NCBI GenBank assembly: GCA_034421995.1
Contig: DAOUJY010000077.1
Span: 840-64,839 of the forward strand
DNA: 64,000 bases
Reading direction: 5' to 3'
From: Dehalococcoidia bacterium
GTDB lineage: Bacteria > Chloroflexota > Dehalococcoidia > Lucifugimonadales > UBA3495
The position numbers and the translations under genes were made by a program. Shown here piece by piece: positions 1 to 8,676 of the stretch. Below the pieces are notes generated by a model. The model made no database searches. It had not been told where the DNA came from and was given only the letters and a program-made list of their open reading frames with translations. Position 1 is the stretch's first letter. Each line of letters begins with the position of its first letter.

Positions 1-720
1 CGGGCGCGATACCGCCGGAACTGGGCCGCCTCACCAACCTGAGGTCCTTGCGGCTGTTCGACAACCAGCAGTTGACGGGCCCAATACCGCCGGAACTGGG
101 CAATCTCACCAGATTGGAGGAGTTGGACCTCGGCTGGAACCGGTTGACGGGGGCGATACCGCCGGAACTGGGCCGCCTCGTCAACCTGGAGCAGTTGCGC
201 CTCGGCCGCAACCAGTTGACGGGGGCGATACCACCGGAACTGAGCACCCTCACCAACCTGACGAGTTTGGGCCTCAGCAACAACCGGTTGACGGGGGCGA
301 TACCGCCGGAACTGGGCCGCCTCACCAACCTGGAGGATTTGAGCCTCAGCAGCAACCAGTTGACGGGGGCGATACCGCCGGAACTGGGCAACCTCACCAA
401 CCTGGAGTATTTGATCCTCTACAGCAACCAGTTGACGGGAGCGATACCGCCGGAACTGGGCGGCCTCTCCAACCTGACGTGGTTGGACCTCGGCAGCAAC
501 CGGTTGACGGGCACGATACCGCCGGAACTGGGCAACCTCACCAACTTGGAGTTTTTAGGGATCAGCCGCAACCAGTTGACGGGGGCGATACCGCCGGAAC
601 TGGGTGGCCTCACCAACTTGGAAAGGTTGAGACTCAGCGGCAACTGGTTGACGGGCGCGATACCGCCGGAAGTGGGCAGCCTTCCCAACCTGAAGAATTT
701 GTACCTCGACGGCAACCAAT
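1..720 (+). repeat. 72-bp in-frame tandem repeat array (LRR block 1)
   Basis: The core ttgacgggggcgataccgccggaactgggc recurs every 72 nt, either exactly or with 1-3 mismatches. Confidence 0.9.
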
Positions 721-1880
721 TGACGGGATGCGTACCATCAGATTGGCGCTATGTTTTTTTCAATGATTTGGCAGACCTGGGAATGCCATTCTGCGACCCG
801 GCGCCCACGACGTTGCCACCCACCGACCGGGCGGCGCTGGTCGCCTTCTACCACGCTATGGGCGGTCCCGGCTGGCAGACCAAGTATAACTGGCGGACCA
901 ACTATAACTGGCTGAGCGACGCTCCTCTTGGCTTTTGGCACGGAGTCAAGGTGGACCGCAATGGTCGTGTCATCAAGTTGGGAGAAGAGGGGAGCATCGT
1001 GTGGAACGAGATGACGGGCGCGATACCGCCGGAACTGGGCAGCCTCACTAACCTGGAGGAGTTGCACCTCGGCAGCAGCCGGTTGACGGACGCGATACGG
1101 CCGGAATCGGGCAACTTGGCGGGCGCGACACCGCCGAGACCGGAACTGGGCAACCTGACGGGCCCAATACCCCCGGAACTGGGCAACCTCACCAACCTGG
1201 AGCATTTGGACCTCCGGGGCAACCTGACAGGCGCGATACCGCCGGAACTGGGCCGCCTCGCCAACCTGAAGAGTATGAACCTCTACGGCAACCAGTTGAC
1301 GGGGGCGATACCGCCGGAACTGGGCGGCCTCACCAACCTGGAGGATTTGCGCCTCGGCCGCAACCGGTTGACGGGGGCGATACCGCCGGAACTGAGCGGC
1401 CTCGCCAACCTGAAGGAGTTGCACCTCTACGCCAACCGGTTGACGGGGGCGATACCGCCGGAACTGGGCAGCCTCACCAACCTGGAGAAGTTGAGCCTCG
1501 CCGACAACCGGTTGACGGGGGCGATACCGCCGGAACTGGGCCGCCTCGCCAACCTGGAGAGTTTGAACCTCCGCATCAACCGGCTGACGGGGGCGATACC
1601 GCCGGAACTGGGCAACCTCGCCAACCTGGAGTATTTGGACCTCTACAGCAATCGGTTGACGGAGACGATACCGCCGGAACTGGGCAACCTCACCAACTTG
1701 GAGTATTTGGGCCTCGCCGACAACCGGTTGACGGGGGCGATACCGCCGGAACTGGGCAACCTCACCAACCTGTGGGGTTTGCACCTCTGGGGCAACCGAT
1801 TCACCGGGTGCATACCAGCCGTTTGGCGTGATGCTGGCATATATCGCCTGTCATTGCCGGATCTGCCGTTTTGCGACTAG
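1..1880 (+). CDS. Leucine-rich repeat protein with plant-type 24-residue LRRs; N-terminus lies outside the window
   Basis: The frame of ORF 48..1880 stays open back to nt 3 (GAIPPELGRLTNL). About 22 units of LxxLxLxxNxLTGAIPPELGxLxNL form two blocks. Each block ends in a Cys cap (LTGCVPSDW..PFCD and FTGCIPAVW..PFCD). The second block is preceded by an LRRNT-like cap (DRAALVAFYHAMGGPGW...WHGVKVDRNGRV). Confidence 0.85.
   Translation, partial: GAIPPELGRLTNLRSLRLFDNQQLTGPIPPELGNLTRLEELDLGWNRLTGAIPPELGRLVNLEQLRLGRNQLTGAIPPELSTLTNLTSLGLSNNRLTGAIPPELGRLTNLEDLSLSSNQLTGAIPPELGNLTNLEYLILYSNQLTGAIPPELGGLSNLTWLDLGSNRLTGTIPPELGNLTNLEFLGISRNQLTGAIPPELGGLTNLERLRLSGNWLTGAIPPEVGSLPNLKNLYLDGNQLTGCVPSDWRYVFFNDLADLGMPFCDPAPTTLPPTDRAALVAFYHAMGGPGWQTKYNWRTNYNWLSDAPLGFWHGVKVDRNGRVIKLGEEGSIVWNEMTGAIPPELGSLTNLEELHLGSSRLTDAIRPESGNLAGATPPRPELGNLTGPIPPELGNLTNLEHLDLRGNLTGAIPPELGRLANLKSMNLYGNQLTGAIPPELGGLTNLEDLRLGRNRLTGAIPPELSGLANLKELHLYANRLTGAIPPELGSLTNLEKLSLADNRLTGAIPPELGRLANLESLNLRINRLTGAIPPELGNLANLEYLDLYSNRLTETIPPELGNLTNLEYLGLADNRLTGAIPPELGNLTNLWGLHLWGNRFTGCIPAVWRDAGIYRLSLPDLPFCD
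1011..1800 (+). repeat. 72-bp in-frame tandem repeat array (LRR block 2), with two irregular units near its start
   Basis: Same 30-nt core at 72-nt spacing as block 1. The units around 1080-1230 are degenerate or shortened (LHLGSSRLTDAIRPESGNLAGATPPRPELGNLTGPIPPELG; LDLRGNLTGAIPPELG). Confidence 0.9.
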
Positions 1881-2065
1881 CCGGTCATTCCAACCCCCTG
1901 TCCTCTGGACTTGCGCCCGCTTGAGGAGGGTGGGAATTACGAAGTGAAGTTTAATGACGAAATGAAATTTGAGGAAATCGAAGAATGCCTCGGCATGACT
2001 GCCCGGTTTCGTGACGCCCTGACCGTTGCCGGGGGCAGCGCTGCAAGGCAGCAAGGCAACTGACT

Positions 2066-2740
2066 ATGCTTGCAACAGACAAACCACCCTTGTCCGAAAA
2101 CCCCGCTGCTCGCAAGACTGAGCGCTTCGCGGGGATATACTCCGTTGCATTGGCCGCGCGTCTGGTTCGGCTTCCGTTGCGGCACGCTCGCAGCTACGCC
2201 CGGCAGCGTGACCGTGACGGCAAGCCATGGGGTAAGCAATCCTGCCGTCGTGAATACTACCTGAACTTCCGCGACCTGATGGAACTCCGCGTTGCCTGGG
2301 CCTTGCACAAGAGCGGGATGCAATGGCGCGAAGTTTGCCAATTCGCGCGCCATGATGCAGAAAAGTTAGGCGACAAAGGGCATGTCCTGTCGCATCGCCT
2401 CTTCCTGAGCCGGGAACATCATCGGCTCAAACACTACGCGGCAGAGCTGGCTGCTACCGTAGAGTACGACGAGCAAGGCGTGCCGGTAAAATGGAGCATT
2501 TCCCGGGAATGGGAAATTGCCGACGAGGACGCCGTCGTCATAATTGCCCCAGGTCGGTCTTTCGGATACCCGGTACTGGCCAGGTGCTACGTGCCAACCT
2601 ACATACTGCACGATGCCTTGCTCGCGGAAGACGGAGACTATCGCACCGTCGCTGACGACTATGAGGTGAGCGCTGCCCAAGTCCGGCTGGGCTACCGCTT
2701 CGAAACCATGCTCTGGGGAGACGATGCTTTATCTGCTTGA
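2066..2740 (+). CDS. DUF433-type putative antitoxin (VapB45-like architecture)
   Basis: It has an N-terminal HTH-like segment (GIYSVALAARLVRLPLRHARSY). The C-terminus is DUF433-like (GRSFGYPVLARCYVPTYILHDALLAEDGDYRTVADDYEVSAAQVRLGYRFE). Confidence 0.6.
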   Translation: MLATDKPPLSENPAARKTERFAGIYSVALAARLVRLPLRHARSYARQRDRDGKPWGKQSCRREYYLNFRDLMELRVAWALHKSGMQWREVCQFARHDAEKLGDKGHVLSHRLFLSREHHRLKHYAAELAATVEYDEQGVPVKWSISREWEIADEDAVVIIAPGRSFGYPVLARCYVPTYILHDALLAEDGDYRTVADDYEVSAAQVRLGYRFETMLWGDDALSA

Positions 2741-3119
2741 TGAAGGCTGGCCGTCTTCTTTTGCCGGAGAATTGAATCAACTATTCTACCCCGAACACGA
2801 CCGCCCAGTCGTACAGCATATTCGAGACTTGATCGCCCTGGGTGTTGACGATCTTGACTGGATGGCCGAATTAGAGCGCCGAATTGAAATCTACAACGAG
2901 GAATGGACTGTCATTACACGGGACAGACTGAAAATACACGGTCGGGCTATGTCCGCCAGTCCGCTCAAATTCGCCATCCTGGTGGACTTGCGATGGGCTA
3001 ACGCACGCAAGCCTGATCTGTGGAGAACCCTCTGCCAACATTGGCCGCTACTTCAAAATCACGCCGAGTCTTCGCTATCCAACGTATTTCGCCTATCATA
3101 CGGTGGCGAAATATCGTAG
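2724..3119 (+). CDS. DUF5615 / Mut7-C PIN-like putative toxin
   Basis: MLYLLDEGWP at the N-terminus and WTVITRDR resemble the acidic strands of DUF5615 domains, which normally pair with DUF433. It overlaps the upstream gene by 17 nt. The DNA is visibly A/T-richer than its surroundings. Confidence 0.5.
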   Translation: MLYLLDEGWPSSFAGELNQLFYPEHDRPVVQHIRDLIALGVDDLDWMAELERRIEIYNEEWTVITRDRLKIHGRAMSASPLKFAILVDLRWANARKPDLWRTLCQHWPLLQNHAESSLSNVFRLSYGGEIS

Positions 3120-3220
3120 TGATGCGCCGTCGGTCCACCTAAAATAAATAAACTTCCAGATCACCTACTCAATCCCCGGTGACTGCGACAACCAAACGCC
3201 TAATCCCAGGAGGAAACCAA

Positions 3221-5512
3221 ATGACCACCACCGCCCAGCCCGAACAGCAATATCGCGTTATCGGCACCCGACCGGTGCGACACGACGGCGTGGACAAGGT
3301 TACCGGAGCGGCGCGATACGGCGCGGACATCAACCTGCCGGGGATGCTCCACGCCCGCATCCTGCGCAGCCCCCACAGCCACGCCCGCATCCGCAGCATC
3401 GACACCAGCAAGGCCGAGGCCATGCCCGGCGTCGTCGCCGTGGCCACCGCCGCCGACTTCCCCATCATCGAGAACCGGATGATCGACTTCGCCGAGGTCC
3501 AAGGCAACGCCCGGATGATCGCCGAAAACCTGCTGGCCAAGGACAAGGTCCTGTACGTCGGCCATGCCGTGGCCGCCATCTGCGCCACCAGCCCCCACAT
3601 TGCAATGGAGGCCATGGAACTGGTGGAGGTGGATTACGAGGTCCTGCCCACCGTGCTCACCTGGCGCGAGGCCATGGCCGAAAACGCCCCGCTGCTCCAC
3701 GACGACATGACCACCTACTTCCGCCTGGAACGGTTTGCCCGCGGTGACGATACTGGCGTCAAGAGCAACGTCGCCGGACACATCCAGCACAAGGTCGGCG
3801 ACGTCGAGCAGGGTTTTGCCGAGGCCGACATAATTATCGAGCGCGAGTTCGAGACGCAGACCGTGCACCAGGGCTACATCGAGCCCCACGTGTCCACTGC
3901 CATGTGGTCCGCCGACGGTCGCGTCACCGTCTGGACCAGCACCCAGGGCATCTTCAACGTTCGCGCGCAGACTGCCGCCATCATCGGCGTCCCCGAAGGT
4001 CAGGTGAAGATTGTGCCCATGGAAATCGGCGGCGGATTCGGCGCCAAGGGCATTACCTACACCGATCCGGTGGCCGCGGTCCTGTCCAAGAAAACGGGCA
4101 AACCGGTCAAGGTCGCCATGGATCGCACCGACGTCTTCATCGGCAGCGGCCCCGCATCTGCAACTTTCATGCGCTGCAAGATGGGCGTCAAGAACGACGG
4201 CACCATGGTCGCCGGCCAGCTCTACATGGTCTATGAAGCCGGCGCGTACCCCGGCTCTCCCGTGGGTGGCGGCGCCCTCACCGGCTTTGGCCCCTACAAG
4301 ATGGATCACATGCTGGTGGACGGCTACGACGTGGTTTGCAACAAGCAGAAGGTGCAGGCCTACCGCGCCCCCGGCCAGCCCCAGGTCGCTTTCGCCGTGG
4401 AAGCCGTGGTTGACGAACTGGCCGAAATGCTCGGCAGGGATCCCATGGAACTCCGCATCCAGAACGCCGTCCAGGAAGGCGACCGGATGCCCAACGGCGT
4501 GCCTCACCGCGTATTCGGTTGCCGCGAGCTGGAAGAGGCCATGCTCAACAGCGACCACAACCGGACGCCGTTGGAAGGCCCCAACCGCGGCCGCGGCATC
4601 GCCGTCGGATTCCGTTGGCAGGCCGGCCAGGCATCATCGGCCACCATCAACGTCAACTCCAACGGCACCCTCAACCTCATCACCGGCTCCGTTGACATCG
4701 GCGGCACGCGCACGGCCGTCGCCATGCAGGTCGCCGAAACCCTCGGCATCGACGTTGACCAGATCGCCCCCACCGTGGTTGACACCGACACCGTTGGCTG
4801 GACTGCCTCCACCGGCGGCAGTCGCATCGCCTTCGACACCGGCCTGGCCGCCATCGCCGCGGCCGAGGACCTGCGCGACCAGATGGCCCGGCGCTGCGCC
4901 ATGGTCTGGGAGGTCGAGCCGGAACAGGTCGAGTTCGCCGACGGCGTGTTCACCTGCACCGCCAACGAAGAGCGCATGACCATCGCCGACGCTGCCAGCC
5001 GCATGATGCGCACCGGCGGCCCGCTCACGGCGTCGGCCTCCGCCACCTCCACCGGCGTCGGCCCCATCTTCGCCGGCAACATCATCGACGTTGAGGTGGA
5101 CCCCGAAACCGGCAAGGTGGACGTCCTGCGCTGCACGGCGTTCATCGACTCTGGCACCTCGGTCCACCCCAGCTACGTCGAGGGCCAGATGCAGGGAGGG
5201 ACGATGCAGGGCATCGGTTGGGCGCTCTCGGAGGACTACACCTACGCCGACGACGGTCGGATGCTCAACTCGACCTTCCTGGACTACCGGATGCCCACCG
5301 CGCTCGATATGCCGATGATCGACACGGTGGTCATCGAAGTCCCCAACCCGCGCCATCCCTACGGTTTGCGCGGCGTCGGCGAGGCCCCCATCATCCCGCC
5401 GTTGGCCGCGTTGCACAACGCCGTCTATCACGCCACCGGCGTCCGCGTGAACAAGCTCCCGCTGTCGCCCACGGCGGTGTTGGAGGCTTTGCAGGAGGCT
5501 AACGGGCAGTAG
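3221..5512 (+). CDS. Xanthine dehydrogenase / aldehyde oxidase family molybdopterin-binding large subunit
   Basis: I moved the start to ATG 3221, which lies 7 nt after AGGAGG (3208-3213). Family motifs include IGGGFGAKG, VQAYRAPGQPQ and GVGEAPIIP. The ~760-aa length fits the large subunit. Confidence 0.85.
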   Translation: MTTTAQPEQQYRVIGTRPVRHDGVDKVTGAARYGADINLPGMLHARILRSPHSHARIRSIDTSKAEAMPGVVAVATAADFPIIENRMIDFAEVQGNARMIAENLLAKDKVLYVGHAVAAICATSPHIAMEAMELVEVDYEVLPTVLTWREAMAENAPLLHDDMTTYFRLERFARGDDTGVKSNVAGHIQHKVGDVEQGFAEADIIIEREFETQTVHQGYIEPHVSTAMWSADGRVTVWTSTQGIFNVRAQTAAIIGVPEGQVKIVPMEIGGGFGAKGITYTDPVAAVLSKKTGKPVKVAMDRTDVFIGSGPASATFMRCKMGVKNDGTMVAGQLYMVYEAGAYPGSPVGGGALTGFGPYKMDHMLVDGYDVVCNKQKVQAYRAPGQPQVAFAVEAVVDELAEMLGRDPMELRIQNAVQEGDRMPNGVPHRVFGCRELEEAMLNSDHNRTPLEGPNRGRGIAVGFRWQAGQASSATINVNSNGTLNLITGSVDIGGTRTAVAMQVAETLGIDVDQIAPTVVDTDTVGWTASTGGSRIAFDTGLAAIAAAEDLRDQMARRCAMVWEVEPEQVEFADGVFTCTANEERMTIADAASRMMRTGGPLTASASATSTGVGPIFAGNIIDVEVDPETGKVDVLRCTAFIDSGTSVHPSYVEGQMQGGTMQGIGWALSEDYTYADDGRMLNSTFLDYRMPTALDMPMIDTVVIEVPNPRHPYGLRGVGEAPIIPPLAALHNAVYHATGVRVNKLPLSPTAVLEALQEANGQ

Positions 5513-5520
5513 CCACGAGC

Positions 5521-5545
5521 AGGGGCGGGTTTGAAACCCGCCCCT
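5521..5545 (+). terminator. GC-rich perfect hairpin 9 nt after the xdh-like stop (REP-like or terminator-like)
   Basis: The sequence aggggcgggt-ttgaa-acccgcccct gives a 10-bp perfect stem. There is no T-run after it, so terminator function is uncertain. Confidence 0.35.
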
Positions 5546-5583
5546 AGCCACCAGCGTTATGACTATGCAAGACAAAGACCGTA

Positions 5584-5778
5584 ATGACGGAAGGTCTCAT
5601 GAGCCTGACAACCTTTTACATCGCCATGCTTGCAACACAGATTGTTCCGCTGGTTCTTGCAGTTGGAGCGCTGGTGTGGATGGTTTGGTACTTCCGATCA
5701 ATTGACCGCCGGGACCGCGTTCCGTCGCAGCCATCAGCAACTGATGCTGAAGTTGGTCAACCATTCCCACCGGGATAA
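5584..5778 (+). CDS. Small hypothetical membrane protein (64 aa)
   Basis: It has a single hydrophobic helix (FYIAMLATQIVPLVLAVGALVWMVWYF) followed by a charged tail. I recognise no homology. Confidence 0.3.
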   Translation: MTEGLMSLTTFYIAMLATQIVPLVLAVGALVWMVWYFRSIDRRDRVPSQPSATDAEVGQPFPPG

Positions 5779-5838
5779 TGGGCAGGCCATGTTCACATTG
5801 CCACCGGAACCGGAGGCGAGGCCAGCCCCCGCTGACGA

Positions 5839-6381
5839 CTAGGAACGCGCCTCCAGCACCTCGGTCAGCATCAGAAAGTTGGCCTGCAATTCCGGAGCCA
5901 GGGTGGTTCCGCCTCTGGACAGCATCAGCAAAAGCCGGACCTGGGCAGCCAAGTCTGCGGCCAGTTTGCGTTTCGCCTCGGCCACGGTGTCCGCCGCCAC
6001 GGGGACGCGCAGACCGTGTAACGGCAGAGCATTTCGCGACTCTCCGGCCCAGTACTGATCCAGGCTATCTATGATGACTATGGGTATGTCCTTGGACACC
6101 ACGAACGGAGCCTCGGGGGGGCTGTCCTCAGCCGTCAGCACGTCGGCAAAAGCCCGGGTAACGTCGCTATGGTTGATGTGAAAGGTTGCGGCGTTGGGCT
6201 GACTGGTGGAAGTGCTCCGCCACGTCCAGTCTTCGGGCAACGCGGTGTTCGCGTTGGGGATGACATCGACCGGGAGGGAGATGTCCTCGCCTAGCGGGCG
6301 CCCCTCGCCGACGGGATCATCCGTATTCCGCAAGCCGAAGCGCTGCCCGGCTGGTTCACCGTTTGGGTCGGGAGTAGTCAT
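5839..6381 (-). CDS. Hypothetical protein (180 aa)
   Basis: The ORF has no competing frame and starts 18 nt downstream of the preceding minus-strand gene. The C-terminal half (IPIVIIDSLDQYWAGES..LPLHGLRVPVAADTVAEAKRKLAADL) faintly resembles a HicB/UPF0150-like fold. That resemblance is weak. Confidence 0.45.
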   Translation of the reverse strand: MTTPDPNGEPAGQRFGLRNTDDPVGEGRPLGEDISLPVDVIPNANTALPEDWTWRSTSTSQPNAATFHINHSDVTRAFADVLTAEDSPPEAPFVVSKDIPIVIIDSLDQYWAGESRNALPLHGLRVPVAADTVAEAKRKLAADLAAQVRLLLMLSRGGTTLAPELQANFLMLTEVLEARS

Positions 6382-6399
6382 ACCGTGCCCCTCGGTCGG

Positions 6400-6804
6400 T
6401 CAGTGGGAATGCCCGTCGGCGTCAATTTCCCACGCGGCGTACACCTGCTCCGGCAGGGTGATGGGACCGACGGCTTCCTCATATTCCCGCACGTGTTTGG
6501 CCGCCAGGACCGCAATGGCCTTCATCATTTGGGGACTGACCTTGATGCGGGCGCGCAGGATCGGCTCCCGTTCCTCAACCTGCTCGCCGAAGAAGAGGAC
6601 GGCGGAATACAGGCTGCTGAAGATGTGGAAGGAGTCGCTGTAGAAGGTGATCGGATCCAGAGAGCTGGGCGCTTCGACAGCGGCCGCCGCCGGCGCGGTG
6701 GCGGTGTTGACGTTCAACGACGCGATGTCGCCGGGATTAACGTAGCTATCTTCCTGGGGCGGCTTGTCTTCCGGTGGCACGTAGGGGCGTTGGATGATGG
6801 GCAT
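6400..6804 (-). CDS. Hypothetical protein, possibly DUF3467-like
   Basis: I set the start at ATG 6804, which follows GGAGG. The segment FYSDSFHIFSSLYSAVLFFGEQ resembles the DUF3467 core. Confidence 0.45.
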   Translation of the reverse strand: MPIIQRPYVPPEDKPPQEDSYVNPGDIASLNVNTATAPAAAAVEAPSSLDPITFYSDSFHIFSSLYSAVLFFGEQVEEREPILRARIKVSPQMMKAIAVLAAKHVREYEEAVGPITLPEQVYAAWEIDADGHSH

Positions 6805-6875
6805 AAGACCTCCGGCCCCAACCACATGACAAGCGCAGCGGGGCGATGCGGCAGTTGGCGGCCATTATAGCGGGT

Positions 6876-7730
6876 TTAGGGGGCGTGTGCGGCCAGAAAT
6901 TCCGCGGCGGCTGCGTAATTCCTGGCTCCGCTGCGGCGGATCGGCGGAACAATGTAGCAGTCCGTTGCTCCGGCACCGCGCAACCCCTCCCACACCTGCA
7001 AGGCAATGTCCACGCCGGAGCGTCCGGTAGCCAGGTCTTCGGTCACCCATTGCGGGACTCTGGCAAAGGACACGCCGTCCGGTTCCATCAGCCCTACGCC
7101 GTAGAACACCGGCACCGCGGGTCCGGGGACCATGCTGGCGAAAGCGTCGGCGAACCGAACGACGTCCGTTGGATCGTACACCGGCTGCGTGATCAGGAAA
7201 TCCGCTCCGGCCGTTACCTTGCGCGCGGCCAAATGCGCTTCCCGTTCGATCCCGCGCCCGAGATCCACCGTGGCCCCGATGCAGAAATCGGTAGGAGCTC
7301 GCAACGGCCTCTCCCGGTGATCGACTCCCGAGTTCAGATTTGCGATGGCGGCGATGAACTCGGTGGCCCGGTAATCGTTGACCGGGGCAGCCGTGTCCCG
7401 CGGCCCAAAGGGATCGCCGGCCACGACGATTACATTCTCCAGCCCCAGCGCCTGCCCTCCCAGGAGCAGTGATTCCAATGCCAGCCGATTCATGTCCCGC
7501 GTCGCCAACGTGAAGATCGGCTCCGCGCCGTAACGGTCCCGCAGGACCGCCGCCGTAACCACCGAGTTGACGCGCGCGGCGCGTCCCGGATTGTAGGCGA
7601 CGGATATGAAATCGGCCTGTGCCGGCGGTTCCGGCAGGTCCGGCGCGCGTCCGGAACGGGGTGGCGAATAGTCGCAGATGTATGCGGGTTGCCCGGTTGC
7701 CGCGCTGCTTCGTTCTACAACCTTGGCCAT
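6876..7730 (-). CDS. metF: Methylenetetrahydrofolate reductase family protein
   Basis: Matching segments are FTLATRDMNRLALESLLLGGQALGLENVIVVAGDP and GADFLITQPVYD (the MTHFR TQ..D signature). Confidence 0.7.
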   Translation of the reverse strand: MAKVVERSSAATGQPAYICDYSPPRSGRAPDLPEPPAQADFISVAYNPGRAARVNSVVTAAVLRDRYGAEPIFTLATRDMNRLALESLLLGGQALGLENVIVVAGDPFGPRDTAAPVNDYRATEFIAAIANLNSGVDHRERPLRAPTDFCIGATVDLGRGIEREAHLAARKVTAGADFLITQPVYDPTDVVRFADAFASMVPGPAVPVFYGVGLMEPDGVSFARVPQWVTEDLATGRSGVDIALQVWEGLRGAGATDCYIVPPIRRSGARNYAAAAEFLAAHAP

Positions 7731-7763
7731 CCGACGGGTTCGCGGGCGTAGCGGAGGGCGTGG

Positions 7764-8546
7764 TCAGCTGCCCAACTGATCCAGCAATTCCCGAAAGCGG
7801 GCAATGGCCTGCTGTTCCGAGCGCCCAATGTAATACCGGATTCCCTGAATGTACTCCACCACGTCCCTAGGCAGCATCAGCAACTCATCACGGGGTTCGT
7901 TCAGATGGTAGAGGCCGTCCACCCCCTCTTCCAACCCCACGTAGAGAGTATCTTCCAAGACCGCCTTGTCCCGGTCGTCCATGTCTTTCCGCATCACCCA
8001 CTGGTTGAACACGAAAGGCAGGTTCGTCCACTGGGTCCATTCCTGTCCCAGATCGAATCGGTGGGCAAAGCCCCGTGTGCCCCGTCGCCGTCGCAGCGCC
8101 CGGTTTCCAATGAGCAGAAAAGCGTCGAAGGTTTCTTCGGCCCGGATCACGTCGCCCGGTCGGGCCATGAACTCGCCGGGTTCCACGTCGTACTTGTGCC
8201 GCAGCAGGACTTCCAGCAGCTTCGCCGCGGTGACGTCTTCGTCCGAGATCCCGATAGTGACGCCGCCCAACTCTTCAATTGGATGCTGGGAGTACAAGCA
8301 CACGCTCACCGCCCGGCTCAAGGTGGAAAAGCAAAACCCGCTGACCGGCTCAAACCGGTCCTCCAGGCGGAAAACGTCCGACAGGTGGGCCGGGCCGGCG
8401 TCCAACTCCCCGTTGGCCAGGGCTTCGCCCAGTTGGCGGGGAGTCGTGTCGCGCAGCTCGATGCCGCGTCGCTCCATATCGAAGTAAAAGGGTTCGGCTT
8501 CCAGATATGGCACGCGGCCAACTTTGATGGGCATAGCGTTTGCCAC
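7764..8546 (-). CDS. MqnA/MqnD-type (menaquinone via futalosine family, SBP-fold) protein
   Basis: The N-terminus (IKVGRVPYLEAEPFYFDM...LGEALANGELDAGP) is typical of the chorismate dehydratase MqnA family. The start is either GTG 8546 or ATG 8534. Confidence 0.6.
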   Translation of the reverse strand: MANAMPIKVGRVPYLEAEPFYFDMERRGIELRDTTPRQLGEALANGELDAGPAHLSDVFRLEDRFEPVSGFCFSTLSRAVSVCLYSQHPIEELGGVTIGISDEDVTAAKLLEVLLRHKYDVEPGEFMARPGDVIRAEETFDAFLLIGNRALRRRRGTRGFAHRFDLGQEWTQWTNLPFVFNQWVMRKDMDDRDKAVLEDTLYVGLEEGVDGLYHLNEPRDELLMLPRDVVEYIQGIRYYIGRSEQQAIARFRELLDQLGS

Positions 8547-8676
8547 CGCGATTGTTTGGAATAATCGGCAACGACCCGCATTCGCGCGACACTACACGAC
8601 GGGATGCTGCGACGGTAAGATTGTAGGATGAGCCGCATCTGCGGTCAAGGATGGCTGCCGTGTCGCTCAGGGGTTT

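Noticed and set aside
1-1800. The regular 72-bp repeats could be mistaken for a CRISPR-like array.
   Set aside because: The intervening segments are themselves conserved and in frame. The whole region is one continuous ORF encoding LRR units. There are no unique spacers and no cas genes.
419-1840. Minus-strand and alternative-frame ORFs inside the LRR gene have repetitive products such as LQVGEAAQFRRYRPRQPV and LVRLPSSGGIAPVNRL.
   Set aside because: They are periodic only because they read the 72-bp LRR repeats in other frames. The plus-strand LRR frame has a canonical, well-known repeat signature and caps.
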